Below are positions 20,146 through 30,533 of a stretch of DNA of 64,000 bases, piece after piece. The DNA is taken from the sequence record OR880646.1. The stretch is one strand, 5' to 3'. Under the pieces are notes generated by a model. That model did no database searches, had not been told where the DNA came from, and saw nothing but the letters and a program-made list of their open reading frames with translations. Each line of letters opens with the position of its first letter. Positions within the stretch are counted from its first letter, which is position 1. This DNA is from Escherichia phage ECP2301. The position numbers and the translations under genes are program-made.

Positions 20146-21605
20146 AGACCAGTTACCTCATGAAAATCACCAAATACATCCTCGAATGTATTAGCTTTAG
20201 TTTTATCTTCACGTAAACGAATCGCAATCGGAAGAAATAATTTAACGTAATCAGTGCGGCCATCAGATTTTAACCAACCATTGCATTCACATTCTAGAAT
20301 TTTTCCAATATAATAATTTTGGTTTTCCATAATGCGAGTACGGTCAAGTTCATGCGATTTTACACCGGCTTTATCTTTTAAGCCTGAACCAGCATTTACT
20401 TTAATTTTTCCACACTCTGATTCAAGAATAAATCCACCTGCTTTAGTAGGGTCTTTACGGTGAGGATAAATTCCTACAATTTTTAAATCAACATCAATTA
20501 CTTCTTTAAATTTATAAAGATTTTTTGAACGAGCATTTTCCCACAATCCATCGGTATTTTTGAGAATAATACCTTCAAGACCTTGGTCAATATATTTTTT
20601 ATAAATTACCTTAGCTTCATCTAGGTTATTTACTACCTGGTTTTCAATTAAAATTACTTTATCATATCCTGATGTCATTTGTTCTAGTTTAGAAAAACGT
20701 ACATCATACTTCAAACGAAACGCCGGAAGACCGTATATTTCTACCAACGGGACATAATCCCAGACCTGAAACTTCATGCATTGAGCTTCTTTTTCAGAAA
20801 TGGTTCCTTTTAAGGATTTATTGGCGATTCCATTAGAAGTAGTACGAGATTCCGCTACTTCGGCGAATTCTTTAGCTTTACTAATTTCAGGATAAGCATC
20901 AAAAAGAAAATCTAGGCCTTCTGGTTCCTTTTTAACTTGCTCATGGTATACCAATTCGCCATCGATTAACACACCTTCTGGATGAATCTGGCGGGCTTCA
21001 GCAGTCATTTTGATTAACTCTTCCTTAAGAAGATCTAATCCTAGATATTCATTACCAGCTCGTGATAAAAGACGAACATCATCTAATTCATCACCTCGGA
21101 CTTCAGCAAAACACCGAGCTCCATCTGCTTTTAACTGTGCAAAGGCTGGAAACTTGATATTCTTATTAATGCCCTTTTCATCATAAGAACTTGCCAGCAT
21201 TTGAGGTTGTTCAGGAATTAAACCTGGCCAAACTTTATTTGCAATAGATACTGAAGCACCGCATTCAAGATCTCGCATCATAACTCGACGCAAAACTTCA
21301 ACATCATCCTTTTTACCATCGGTGATATATCCAGTTAATTCCTCAATTGCCGCATTTCCAGTCAATTTCCGAGTAGCTAACGTGAATTCAATGAAGTCAA
21401 GCATATCAGTAATGGTCAGCATTCCAAAACTCTGGGTAGCAATACCAGGCTTAGGCCATTTCTTGATATAATACTGTAACCCACGAGAATAAGTCAGACG
21501 ATATACTCGTTTAAGCAATTCATTATCTTTATTCTTTTCAAGAATTGCTTGCTTCTGCTTAGTTGATCCAATAGATGCTATTTCATTCAGAATTTTAAGA
21601 ATCAT
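20142..21605 (-). CDS. 30: ATP-dependent DNA ligase
   Basis: 487 aa, T4 DNA ligase length; adenylation motif KADG (AQLKADGARC). Confidence 0.93.
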   Translation of the reverse strand: MILKILNEIASIGSTKQKQAILEKNKDNELLKRVYRLTYSRGLQYYIKKWPKPGIATQSFGMLTITDMLDFIEFTLATRKLTGNAAIEELTGYITDGKKDDVEVLRRVMMRDLECGASVSIANKVWPGLIPEQPQMLASSYDEKGINKNIKFPAFAQLKADGARCFAEVRGDELDDVRLLSRAGNEYLGLDLLKEELIKMTAEARQIHPEGVLIDGELVYHEQVKKEPEGLDFLFDAYPEISKAKEFAEVAESRTTSNGIANKSLKGTISEKEAQCMKFQVWDYVPLVEIYGLPAFRLKYDVRFSKLEQMTSGYDKVILIENQVVNNLDEAKVIYKKYIDQGLEGIILKNTDGLWENARSKNLYKFKEVIDVDLKIVGIYPHRKDPTKAGGFILESECGKIKVNAGSGLKDKAGVKSHELDRTRIMENQNYYIGKILECECNGWLKSDGRTDYVKLFLPIAIRLREDKTKANTFEDVFGDFHEVTGL

Positions 21606-21871
21606 TGTTCATCCTTCAGAGTTTGATTTACAGCTCTATTATAAATCAATTCATCATTAAGCTCAGTTAAAGACCTATGATATGTAGTTCTAACTTTATT
21701 TCCTTGCATCCAGTGCTTGATATAAATGAAACCTTGCTCTACACATTTTTTAAAAATTCGTTCGTCTTTTTGAGCTCGGAATTCTGGATTGCATCTAAAG
21801 AATTGATTTACGTGACCGTAATCACGTGTAGTATTACCTTCATTTTCATAAATAGTGTGAACGACAAACAT
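21602..21871 (-). CDS. Hypothetical protein (30.1-region)
   Basis: 89 aa ORF overlapping ligase start. Confidence 0.55.
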   Translation of the reverse strand: MFVVHTIYENEGNTTRDYGHVNQFFRCNPEFRAQKDERIFKKCVEQGFIYIKHWMQGNKVRTTYHRSLTELNDELIYNRAVNQTLKDEQ

Positions 21872-22710
21872 TAGAATGCTCCTTGGAAAATATTATCACC
21901 ACAAGTAGGTCTATTATACAAATACTCTATGCCACCAGGTTTAATATAGTTCCATGTCTGAAACGGATGTGTCTGATATGGATGATATAGATGATTATAA
22001 GGATTAAATCCAGGCGTTCTCCAGGTAGTGTTCCAACGAAAAGAATCATTTTTAATCATCTTTTCAATTATATCTTTTATAGCTTTTTCACTATCAAAAC
22101 TTTCTTTATTTTCCTTTGGTGAAAAAAGCTTATTTTCTACATCATTCCATGTATAAACTCGCTGCGCAGTTTTTGGAATATTGTCACGCTCTCCTCGAGC
22201 CATCCAATAAACAGGAACATTTAATATTTCACTCGCATGATCGCAATGGTGCGCTAGATCGTCAATATAACAAATCACGTTATATTTCTCTTTTGCCTTT
22301 TTGAATAACTCTTCTTTTGAAGAATCATGACCACACATCATTACTTCTGAGAAGGCACCAGGAAAAAGAGCATTCAAATTAAATTGACGATTCAACAGAG
22401 CGTCAATAGAATCACCCAATGCTGTAACAGCTACAAAATTATAATCTTCTTTTAGTTTGTTAATTACGCACAGGGCATCTTTATATGGAGACAGGTAACG
22501 AATAAAATCTGATCGATTGTATTTTTCAATTAGCTTGACACCAAGTTCTTCATCACAATTAAAGAGTTTACCTGGAGAAATAAATTTCTCATCTTGGATC
22601 ATTTTTAAAATATGTTCTAACGGAAGATTATATTTCTGAGCAAAATAAGGAAGACCTGATTGCCAGCTTAAACATACTCCATCAATATCAGTCAAAATAG
22701 TAGGCTTCAT
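21871..22710 (-). CDS. HAD-superfamily hydrolase-like protein (30.2-region)
   Basis: 279 aa; N-terminal DxDG motif (ILTDIDGVCL) typical of HAD phosphatases/nucleotidases. Confidence 0.6.
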   Translation of the reverse strand: MKPTILTDIDGVCLSWQSGLPYFAQKYNLPLEHILKMIQDEKFISPGKLFNCDEELGVKLIEKYNRSDFIRYLSPYKDALCVINKLKEDYNFVAVTALGDSIDALLNRQFNLNALFPGAFSEVMMCGHDSSKEELFKKAKEKYNVICYIDDLAHHCDHASEILNVPVYWMARGERDNIPKTAQRVYTWNDVENKLFSPKENKESFDSEKAIKDIIEKMIKNDSFRWNTTWRTPGFNPYNHLYHPYQTHPFQTWNYIKPGGIEYLYNRPTCGDNIFQGAF

Positions 22711-23171
22711 AGAGAGTCTCTTAGTAGGTTTAACACATCAATAAATTCAGCTTCGGTTAGTATTGTATCATCTTTTGTTAGACCACTAGCCATGCTGTGC
22801 TTCAAAACTTTTCCTTTCGAGGCTTGTAATGCATCACGAAAGCCCCTGTTTTGGATCGCTGCTTCAAAATATGCATTTGTGTATAATTCTTTCCACGCCG
22901 GGGAGTATCTTGAAAACGGAACTCCAAGCCAGAAGAGGGTCCCACGGTCCTGAGCTCTAGCATAAGCTCGTCCAGCTTGTTGGGCGGCAAGCCCGGATAA
23001 CCCAAATATACGACGTTGCTGTTCAATATTTTTCACCTTACACCCTTGGAGGAATCCTTCGAGACCTCCAAATTGGATACCATCCATAACAAAAGGCCAT
23101 TGGGCGAAATTACTTAATGCGCATGATGGCCATTTAAAATTGCTTCTTATCTCTAGCTCAGACATTTTCAA
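22707..23171 (-). CDS. NADAR / YbiA-like (DUF1768) protein
   Basis: 154 aa; LSNFAQWPFVMDGIQFGGLEGFLQGCK closely parallels E. coli YbiA FSNFAAWPIKVDGKTWPTSEHYFQAQK (from memory). Confidence 0.75.
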   Translation of the reverse strand: MKMSELEIRSNFKWPSCALSNFAQWPFVMDGIQFGGLEGFLQGCKVKNIEQQRRIFGLSGLAAQQAGRAYARAQDRGTLFWLGVPFSRYSPAWKELYTNAYFEAAIQNRGFRDALQASKGKVLKHSMASGLTKDDTILTEAEFIDVLNLLRDSL

Positions 23172-23364
23172 TACTTATAATTTCAACATCAGCCCAATGA
23201 CCATAGCAAGGAAGACGAAATTCAACTGGCCAGTTAGGGTCCTTTTCTAATATAATAGACTCAACTTTCGGTTCTTCATGTTCATCAGTATATGGATTTT
23301 TATCTGTTACTTTATATGTGACCTTAATGTACTGAATTCCAAAAATCTTATTAATTATATTCAT
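23158..23364 (-). CDS. Hypothetical protein
   Basis: 68 aa ORF in tight array. Confidence 0.5.
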   Translation of the reverse strand: MNIINKIFGIQYIKVTYKVTDKNPYTDEHEEPKVESIILEKDPNWPVEFRLPCYGHWADVEIISIENV

Positions 23365-23558
23365 ACTAATTCCTTTAATCCGTAAATAGGAGATAATTCA
23401 TCACCCATACGAAGGTCTTCATTTCCATCTACCCAGGAAACAATATAAGCCTCTTTTATTTGAATACCACTCCATTTAAATGGAGGTAGAACCTTAGAAA
23501 TTAATCCAGGTATACCAACTCCCTTTAATTCAACAGTTTGACCTAAAAAGAATTTCAT
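23361..23558 (-). CDS. Hypothetical protein
   Basis: 65 aa ORF in tight array. Confidence 0.5.
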   Translation of the reverse strand: MKFFLGQTVELKGVGIPGLISKVLPPFKWSGIQIKEAYIVSWVDGNEDLRMGDELSPIYGLKELV

Positions 23559-23845
23559 TAGAACCTCATCTGAAAACCGTGCGATTTAACATTACCGCCG
23601 CCAATATCAGAAATATTAATTTCACGCGCAATTGAAGGGTCAATGTCAATTTCACGATTGAGTTTAGTGATAGCTAAAGTATCGCGGCCATTTACAGTAC
23701 GGAACTCTAAAGGGCAGACTACATTAACATAGTTTTTAATCGATTCACTGGTAGGTTGCAAATGAGCAGGAAGGTCTTTAGGCGCCTTAGAGAAAACCAC
23801 TTCACAGAAATTTTTGCGGGTGTCAAAATAAGTAGTCATAAACAT
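23558..23845 (-). CDS. Hypothetical protein
   Basis: 95 aa ORF. Confidence 0.55.
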   Translation of the reverse strand: MFMTTYFDTRKNFCEVVFSKAPKDLPAHLQPTSESIKNYVNVVCPLEFRTVNGRDTLAITKLNREIDIDPSIAREINISDIGGGNVKSHGFQMRF

Positions 23846-23886
23846 AGTATTTTCCTCAGTAAGGGGCCGAAGCCCCTCATTTTATT

Positions 23887-24252
23887 TTAAATATCAAATT
23901 CGTTAAGAACTACATCAAAGATTGCTTCAAGATGCTCAGGTTTAGCTCTGTTACTCAGAATATGACGGATCCAAGTTTTAACCAGAAGCTTGCGATTAAC
24001 GCCATTCCAGCAAGGATGAGTCCCTAAATCGCGTTGACGAAAATCATCATCCAGGGCGATTTTGAAGTTGGAACCTTCCATTGTGATTGAAACCGTGATG
24101 CCATTTTCAAATCGCATATAAACGTAGTTAGGAGTCATATACTGTTCAATTTCGCATACTGATCCATTTTGATGTTTCCAAAGGCAAATAGTATCAATAG
24201 AACCTGCAATACCATTAGAAACATATTTACGTTCAAAGTTGATGTAGTTCAT
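23887..24252 (-). CDS. Hypothetical protein
   Basis: 121 aa ORF preceded by hairpin 23863-23876. Confidence 0.55.
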   Translation of the reverse strand: MNYINFERKYVSNGIAGSIDTICLWKHQNGSVCEIEQYMTPNYVYMRFENGITVSITMEGSNFKIALDDDFRQRDLGTHPCWNGVNRKLLVKTWIRHILSNRAKPEHLEAIFDVVLNEFDI

Positions 24253-24320
24253 TTTTATTCTCCGAGATGTTTAATTGCGGTACATGTATATAATATCATA
24301 TCCTGTACCAAAGTAAACAA

Positions 24321-24653
24321 TTATTTTACTACTTTCCAGTGCTGCATGTCAAGTTTACCAACTTTTTTCATCTTCTCAATTAAGCGTTCTGCGCGTTGGC
24401 GAGCTGTAACATAATGCCATTCACCTAATTCATTTTGTTCAATTTTTCCAACGATTACTGTATTCAATTCATAAATCCAACCAGTAAAGAAATTATGAAC
24501 TTGAATTGTAAAGGTGAAATCTGTTCCCATACCTTCTGTTGTTTCTACTTCAATAATATCACCTTCAACTGCCATTAAGAACCACATAGTTTCATCATAT
24601 TTACCATTGAAGCATTTAGTTTTAACTGCAGCGTTCAGATTAATCGTTTTCAT
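24321..24653 (-). CDS. Hypothetical protein
   Basis: 110 aa ORF. Confidence 0.55.
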   Translation of the reverse strand: MKTINLNAAVKTKCFNGKYDETMWFLMAVEGDIIEVETTEGMGTDFTFTIQVHNFFTGWIYELNTVIVGKIEQNELGEWHYVTARQRAERLIEKMKKVGKLDMQHWKVVK

Positions 24654-24737
24654 TTTATTCTCCTTTGTTTGTGTAAGATAATACTATCACAAAGGAACCA
24701 TACTGTAAACAACTTTGTGCAATCTTTGGAAAATAAA

Positions 24738-24762
24738 AAAGGACTCCCGAAGGAGTCCTCAA
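24738..24762 (-). terminator. Intrinsic terminator
   Basis: Minus strand ggactcc-UUCG-ggagtcc followed by TTTTTTATTTT. Confidence 0.8.
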
Positions 24763-24763
24763 C

Positions 24764-24940
24764 TTATGCTTTCTGCTTACCAAAACGAGAAGCATCATCT
24801 CGAAGAACCGCACGTGCTCGGCGCATGATCTTCTCAACAGTTTGATTGATACGAGAGTTCGACCCACGCTTGTAGCCAGCGCGTTTAGAATCACCAACTT
24901 TCTTTTCAACTGCTTTCTTTGCTTTAGCTTGTTTTGCCAT
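24764..24940 (-). CDS. Small highly basic protein (about 58 aa), function unknown
   Basis: MAKQAKAKKAVEKKVGDSKRAGYKRG...; start placed at internal ATG with AAGAG RBS; terminator directly downstream. Confidence 0.5.
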   Translation of the reverse strand: MAKQAKAKKAVEKKVGDSKRAGYKRGSNSRINQTVEKIMRRARAVLRDDASRFGKQKA

Positions 24941-24982
24941 TATAAATTCTCTTTTAAATGAAAATGCAGGACTTATTGGCAT

Positions 24983-25338
24983 TGCCTGCGCAAGCCCTCA
25001 AGGGGAACATAGGTTTTTGAATATTTAACGACCAGGATAACCATAAACCCGTCATCATACCTTATAGCTCTTATCTGTTGCACACCGTTAGCTTAAAGGT
25101 TCCGGGTTCGATTTCTCGAGGATAAGATATATACTGATGGATATATAGGCCTTGAGGCGTACTCCCGATTGGCCATCACCTCGGGGTAGCATGCACTTGC
25201 CGCTATAAGAATAACATTCAAGAGGTACACCGTAAAACTGCCGGGGTCTTAAAACTATAATGATTCGCAAATCATTAATCAGACAGTTCGACGGCTCCTC
25301 GTTTTAACTTCACACTAAGGCAGTGACTCTCCAATAAA
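24983..25338. other. G+C-rich ORF-free island (candidate structured RNA or DNA element)
   Basis: About 355 bp with no convincing ORF on either strand in an otherwise tightly packed region; visibly higher G+C; perfect 8-bp hairpin 25258-25277; long-range complementary segments. Confidence 0.45.
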
Positions 25339-25587
25339 TTACTTCAGTGTTACCACAAAGTGACGAACTGCTTTTCGTGCAGCAGAAGCCAGAGGCTTAG
25401 CATATTTAAGTTCATCTTTTTCCTGAAGCTCAGCAGCTAATGCAGTTTGAGCAGGATTCAGATGTTTGAAATAACGCAGGATTTCAAGAGCTTCGGCTTC
25501 AACATCAATAGATGCGCCATAGTTTTCGTGACCATTATTCCATGCGTTTCGTTGCAGTTCAAGAGCGTGTTGTAATTGTTTAATCAT
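25339..25587 (-). CDS. rIII: rIII lysis-inhibition accessory protein
   Basis: 82 aa, T4 rIII length; position immediately upstream of gene 31. Confidence 0.8.
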   Translation of the reverse strand: MIKQLQHALELQRNAWNNGHENYGASIDVEAEALEILRYFKHLNPAQTALAAELQEKDELKYAKPLASAARKAVRHFVVTLK

Positions 25588-25734
25588 TTAAAAATTCTCG
25601 TTAGAGATTAAAACTCGGTAGTCACGTTCTTCTGAATTTCATCTTCTTTCGACAGATCTCTCAGTTGTAGACTACCACATAGAATTGTTCGGTTAACTTA
25701 TTATTCCGACACCCAATTCATATTATTATTTATA

Positions 25735-26070
25735 TCACTTATAAAGACACGGAATAGCTTTATAGTGACAGGTAACGAATTTTTGTTTAATTTCTTTTGG
25801 CTGCTTAAGACCCAGAGCTACAAAAGGATGCGGAACGTTTCGAATTTGACCAACTGGAAGAGAAGTCAAATCACCAACTTCACAGAAACCTTCAGGAACA
25901 TCAGGACCAACAGAGTGAACTACACACAGTTCAGGAACTTCACCTTGAACACGTTTACCGATAATAAGTCCTGATTCTGTAACTTCTTCATCACCGGCTT
26001 GTGCAGGTTCAGAAACTAAAATAACATATTCACCGACAGCACGAATTGGTAGCTGTTGTACTTCAGACAT
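25735..26070 (-). CDS. 31: Co-chaperonin gp31 (GroES analogue)
   Basis: 111 aa; T4 gp31 length; mobile-loop-like segment. Confidence 0.9.
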
Positions 26071-26126
26071 CGTTTTTCCTTTTTGTTAACAGATGAATTA
26101 ATAATAACAAATAATTCTTAAAGCAT

Positions 26127-26435
26127 TTATTTACCAATAAATTGGAGCAAATGCTCAACTTTCATACCATTAACGGAAATCAATTTGTCAATAGAAAAAC
26201 CTCGCCATGCACCGAGTTCAACATCAAATACTGGAATCATATCAGTAGATTCTTTCCGAGCAGATTCAGTCAATTTACCAGTTTGCATGGTTGGCATAAA
26301 GTCCGCATCGCGAGTACCTTTCATAGTACGAATAGTGCCATCAGACTTTTCAAAAACTACGTTTGAAATACCCATGGACAATTTAGTTTTCAAAATTTCA
26401 CGAATTGCTACTTTCTGTTCAGTTGTCAGTTTCAT
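26127..26435 (-). CDS. Hypothetical protein (31.1-region)
   Basis: 102 aa ORF. Confidence 0.55.
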   Translation of the reverse strand: MKLTTEQKVAIREILKTKLSMGISNVVFEKSDGTIRTMKGTRDADFMPTMQTGKLTESARKESTDMIPVFDVELGAWRGFSIDKLISVNGMKVEHLLQFIGK

Positions 26436-26672
26436 TTATTTACCTATCACAGTTTTAATATGAGTTGTTCCACGTTCTTTAAGAGTGGAAAGCAATTTTT
26501 GGCATTTTTCTAAATCAGATTTCCAACTATACGGTCTATCAATACAAACCCATTCTGACTTATAATACTGCTTCCATTTAGAGAAAAAATATTTCTTATA
26601 CTCTACAGCAAATGAAATGTTCTCGTTAGAATAAGAACTAATTGCTGTGAGCTGTACCAAACGAAATTTCAT
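26436..26672 (-). CDS. Hypothetical protein (31.2-region)
   Basis: 78 aa ORF. Confidence 0.5.
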   Translation of the reverse strand: MKFRLVQLTAISSYSNENISFAVEYKKYFFSKWKQYYKSEWVCIDRPYSWKSDLEKCQKLLSTLKERGTTHIKTVIGK

Positions 26673-27253
26673 TATTCACCACAGAATTCGTTGATATTTT
26701 CCCAGTTTAACTTATTCAAGTTTTTCTTAGGAACATTAAACACTTCAATACCCGCATTTCGCAGAATATCATCCCAGCCAGGTTTATTTTTATCATATGT
26801 TTCGCAATAAACCAGCTTTTTAATACCAGATTGAGCTATCGCTTTTGCACAATCTGGACAAGGAGAAAGTGTTACATACATAGTAGCACCTTCAATTGAA
26901 GAACCATTTCGTGCAGCAAACAAAATTGCATTTAGTTCAGCATGAATTTCATTTTTAGACGACCATTCGGAGTGAGCGCTACGGTGTTCTTTCGCTAAGA
27001 CAAAACGATCAGTTGAACCAAACGATACGCATTCAGGCTTATGACCTTGAATGATAGTATGTTTAGGCTTATTCAGCAACCAACCTTGCTCAGCAGCATA
27101 ATCACAACAGTTCACACCACCTGCAGGTGAACCATTATATCCAGTAGAAATAATACGTCCATTCTTTTCAATTACTGCTCCTACTTTCCAGGAGCAACAT
27201 TTTGATTCTTGTGATACTAAATATGCAATTTGAAGTACTGTACTCGCTTTCAT
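26672..27253 (-). CDS. cd: dCMP deaminase
   Basis: 193 aa; cytidine/dCMP deaminase zinc motifs HAE...PCxxC (HAELNAI, PCPDCAKA). Confidence 0.92.
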   Translation of the reverse strand: MKASTVLQIAYLVSQESKCCSWKVGAVIEKNGRIISTGYNGSPAGGVNCCDYAAEQGWLLNKPKHTIIQGHKPECVSFGSTDRFVLAKEHRSAHSEWSSKNEIHAELNAILFAARNGSSIEGATMYVTLSPCPDCAKAIAQSGIKKLVYCETYDKNKPGWDDILRNAGIEVFNVPKKNLNKLNWENINEFCGE

Positions 27254-27588
27254 TTCATAATCACCAGATAAGCAGATTTAGCAGTTTCAACACGATAAAT
27301 TTCGTGACGAAGTTTAGTTATACTTTTAATAACAGAACTAATTATATTCTGCCCATCTTTAAAGCGGTTTTTCTTATCAATAAAAATTGCGCCAACCATC
27401 TTTTTGTGAAGCTCAACTGGATACTTCGTCACAATAATAGCATCATACACAGAAGGATGAATACTATTCACTAGAGTGTCATTCATTAAAGTTATTCTAA
27501 TGAACTGTGCTGTTTCAGAGTCAAGCGCTCTATGATCGCCAGTATCATTTTCAAGACAATTATCAATTATATCAGTTAAATTCATCAT
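27250..27588 (-). CDS. Hypothetical protein (cd-downstream)
   Basis: 112 aa ORF. Confidence 0.5.
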   Translation of the reverse strand: MMNLTDIIDNCLENDTGDHRALDSETAQFIRITLMNDTLVNSIHPSVYDAIIVTKYPVELHKKMVGAIFIDKKNRFKDGQNIISSVIKSITKLRHEIYRVETAKSAYLVIMK

Positions 27589-27821
27589 AGTACGCCATAC
27601 ACCCTTTGTGCTTCAACTAATCCATCAAAATCCAATTTAAGATGTGTTATTTGGTCACCATCGCCTGGATTCACAATTACTAATACTGAACGAGGAGTTT
27701 CGGTAATAACACAAACCGATGTTTCAGGAAATCGTTCAGAAACCTTATTTACCAATTCCTGAGCAAATAGTTTAACTTTTTCTTGGAATTCTTTAACAGT
27801 AATTGGTTTTTCACTTAGCAT
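27585..27821 (-). CDS. Hypothetical protein
   Basis: 78 aa ORF. Confidence 0.5.
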   Translation of the reverse strand: MLSEKPITVKEFQEKVKLFAQELVNKVSERFPETSVCVITETPRSVLVIVNPGDGDQITHLKLDFDGLVEAQRVYGVL

Positions 27822-28342
27822 GTTGATCCCAGCTCCTTACTTTCAACGTTTTTAACTAATTTGACAGAAACTAATTCGGCATCTTGTGTAATCATTACCG
27901 GGCCTTCTTTATACTCTTCAAGATATTCTAGAGCTTTCTTTTTAGCTTCTTCCTTCGTATCAGTTTGAGCATAGATATAAAACATGCAACCAGTAATACC
28001 TACTACTTTCCACTTAATTTCTTTATCAGTTTTAATTTCAAATTTACTGACAGAATCATCTTTTTGAACTTCTTCGAAAAAAGAATATTCTAGCATATAA
28101 GCAATTGAAAATAACGGGCTAACTTTATAGGATTCGCCCATTACATCAACAGCTTTATACCAACAGTCATCAATTTCGCGTTTAATGCTAATAACATTTT
28201 TCGCAGGATCTATTTTTACTTTAAATGAATTTTCCCCAATAAATTGAGCAATTCGTTTATTAGCCCCACAAGTTTCATTAAAAATATCTTTATATCCAGC
28301 TTTAAAGCGATAAACCTTATCTTCTTCAAACCATTCGCTCAT
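27815..28342 (-). CDS. Hypothetical protein
   Basis: 175 aa ORF. Confidence 0.55.
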   Translation of the reverse strand: MSEWFEEDKVYRFKAGYKDIFNETCGANKRIAQFIGENSFKVKIDPAKNVISIKREIDDCWYKAVDVMGESYKVSPLFSIAYMLEYSFFEEVQKDDSVSKFEIKTDKEIKWKVVGITGCMFYIYAQTDTKEEAKKKALEYLEEYKEGPVMITQDAELVSVKLVKNVESKELGSTC

Positions 28343-28405
28343 TTCAATTTCCTCATTTGTTTTTGGTAGAGCTATAATATCACAACTCTACCGTAAAGTA
28401 AACTA

Positions 28406-28681
28406 TTAAATTGCTTTGAATTCTGATGTCTGCGATTCAAAACGAATATCGCCTTTGATGACTAGCTCAGCATCAAGACCGAATACGACAATGATATGCG
28501 CGGAACCTGGATACAGCGTAATGGCAATAGAATCCACCTGGTCTGGAAGCAAAGTGTTCAATACATGAGTCACTTGAGCATGAATTCGAAGCTCAGCTGC
28601 GTTATCAAGCTTTTCAAACATATTATTAGCGATAATTTGGCTAAACACTACTTCTACGATTTTAGAATAAGTCGGAAACAT
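28406..28681 (-). CDS. Hypothetical protein
   Basis: 91 aa ORF. Confidence 0.5.
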   Translation of the reverse strand: MFPTYSKIVEVVFSQIIANNMFEKLDNAAELRIHAQVTHVLNTLLPDQVDSIAITLYPGSAHIIVVFGLDAELVIKGDIRFESQTSEFKAI

Positions 28682-28683
28682 AT

Positions 28684-28884
28684 TTACCTCACATAATTTT
28701 CTTCAAGCCAATCAATAACATCCAACGCATTATCAAAAGTTGAACCATCTACTTTGTCTTCTGTTTCATAATCAAGAACATCTAAGCCTACTCTTCCATC
28801 AACAATAGGCCATAAACAAAATAGATATTTCTTTTCTTTTTCAATTTTATCACAAAGTCGATAAATCTTTTCTATGTTATTCAT
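28684..28884 (-). CDS. Hypothetical protein
   Basis: 66 aa ORF. Confidence 0.5.
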   Translation of the reverse strand: MNNIEKIYRLCDKIEKEKKYLFCLWPIVDGRVGLDVLDYETEDKVDGSTFDNALDVIDWLEENYVR

Positions 28885-29073
28885 AAGTTTTCCATGGTAA
28901 AGGCAGTTTAGTTTTCTTTACTGTTAGTTCAACATCAGGATTCTTTTCTCTTAATTTAAGGCATTCCTCCCAAGCTCTGATTTCACTAGTGAATACACAA
29001 AATTGCCCATTACTAGTACCAACTAAACCACTATTTACAATAACAATAGACCAAGTTTCATGATGCCACGCCA

Positions 29074-29074
<1 letters not shown>
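28877..29074 (-). CDS. Hypothetical protein
   Basis: Start trimmed to internal ATG that overlaps pseT stop (TAATG). Confidence 0.45.
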
Positions 29075-30299
<1,225 letters not shown>

Positions 30300-30533
30300 T
30301 TATTTTTCCTCAACCAATGATTGAATATAATCATGCAGGTCTTTAGATGCTTTACCCCACTTATTTTGGTATTCATTTTTAAGATTAGCACGTGATTGAG
30401 CTAATAAAACATCATTAGTTGGAGGTAAAGATTCTAATCGTTGAATCTGGCGTCCGTAAATCATTGCAGCCATCTCGGATTCATAAATCAATCCTTTGAG
30501 ATGTTCAAATTGATGCCATGAAATCATTTGCAT
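30300..30533 (-). CDS. Hypothetical protein
   Basis: 77 aa ORF. Confidence 0.5.
   Translation of the reverse strand: MQMISWHQFEHLKGLIYESEMAAMIYGRQIQRLESLPPTNDVLLAQSRANLKNEYQNKWGKASKDLHDYIQSLVEEK

Noticed and set aside
24655-24909. 84-aa minus-strand ORF overlapping the basic-protein gene
   Set aside because: Reads through a strong intrinsic terminator hairpin and overlaps a better-supported ORF in another frame.
25088-25270. 60-aa minus-strand ORF inside the G+C-rich island
   Set aside because: Initiates at TTG with no RBS, runs through the hairpin region, and has low-complexity composition; most likely a chance ORF.
24983-25338. Possible tRNA in the G+C-rich island (GGGTTCGATTTC and CAGTTCGACGG resemble T-loop motifs)
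   Set aside because: Neither candidate gives a 5-bp T-stem with correct G53-C61 closure, and I could not build an acceptor stem or anticodon arm on either strand. Not called as tRNA, though formal tRNAscan would be decisive.
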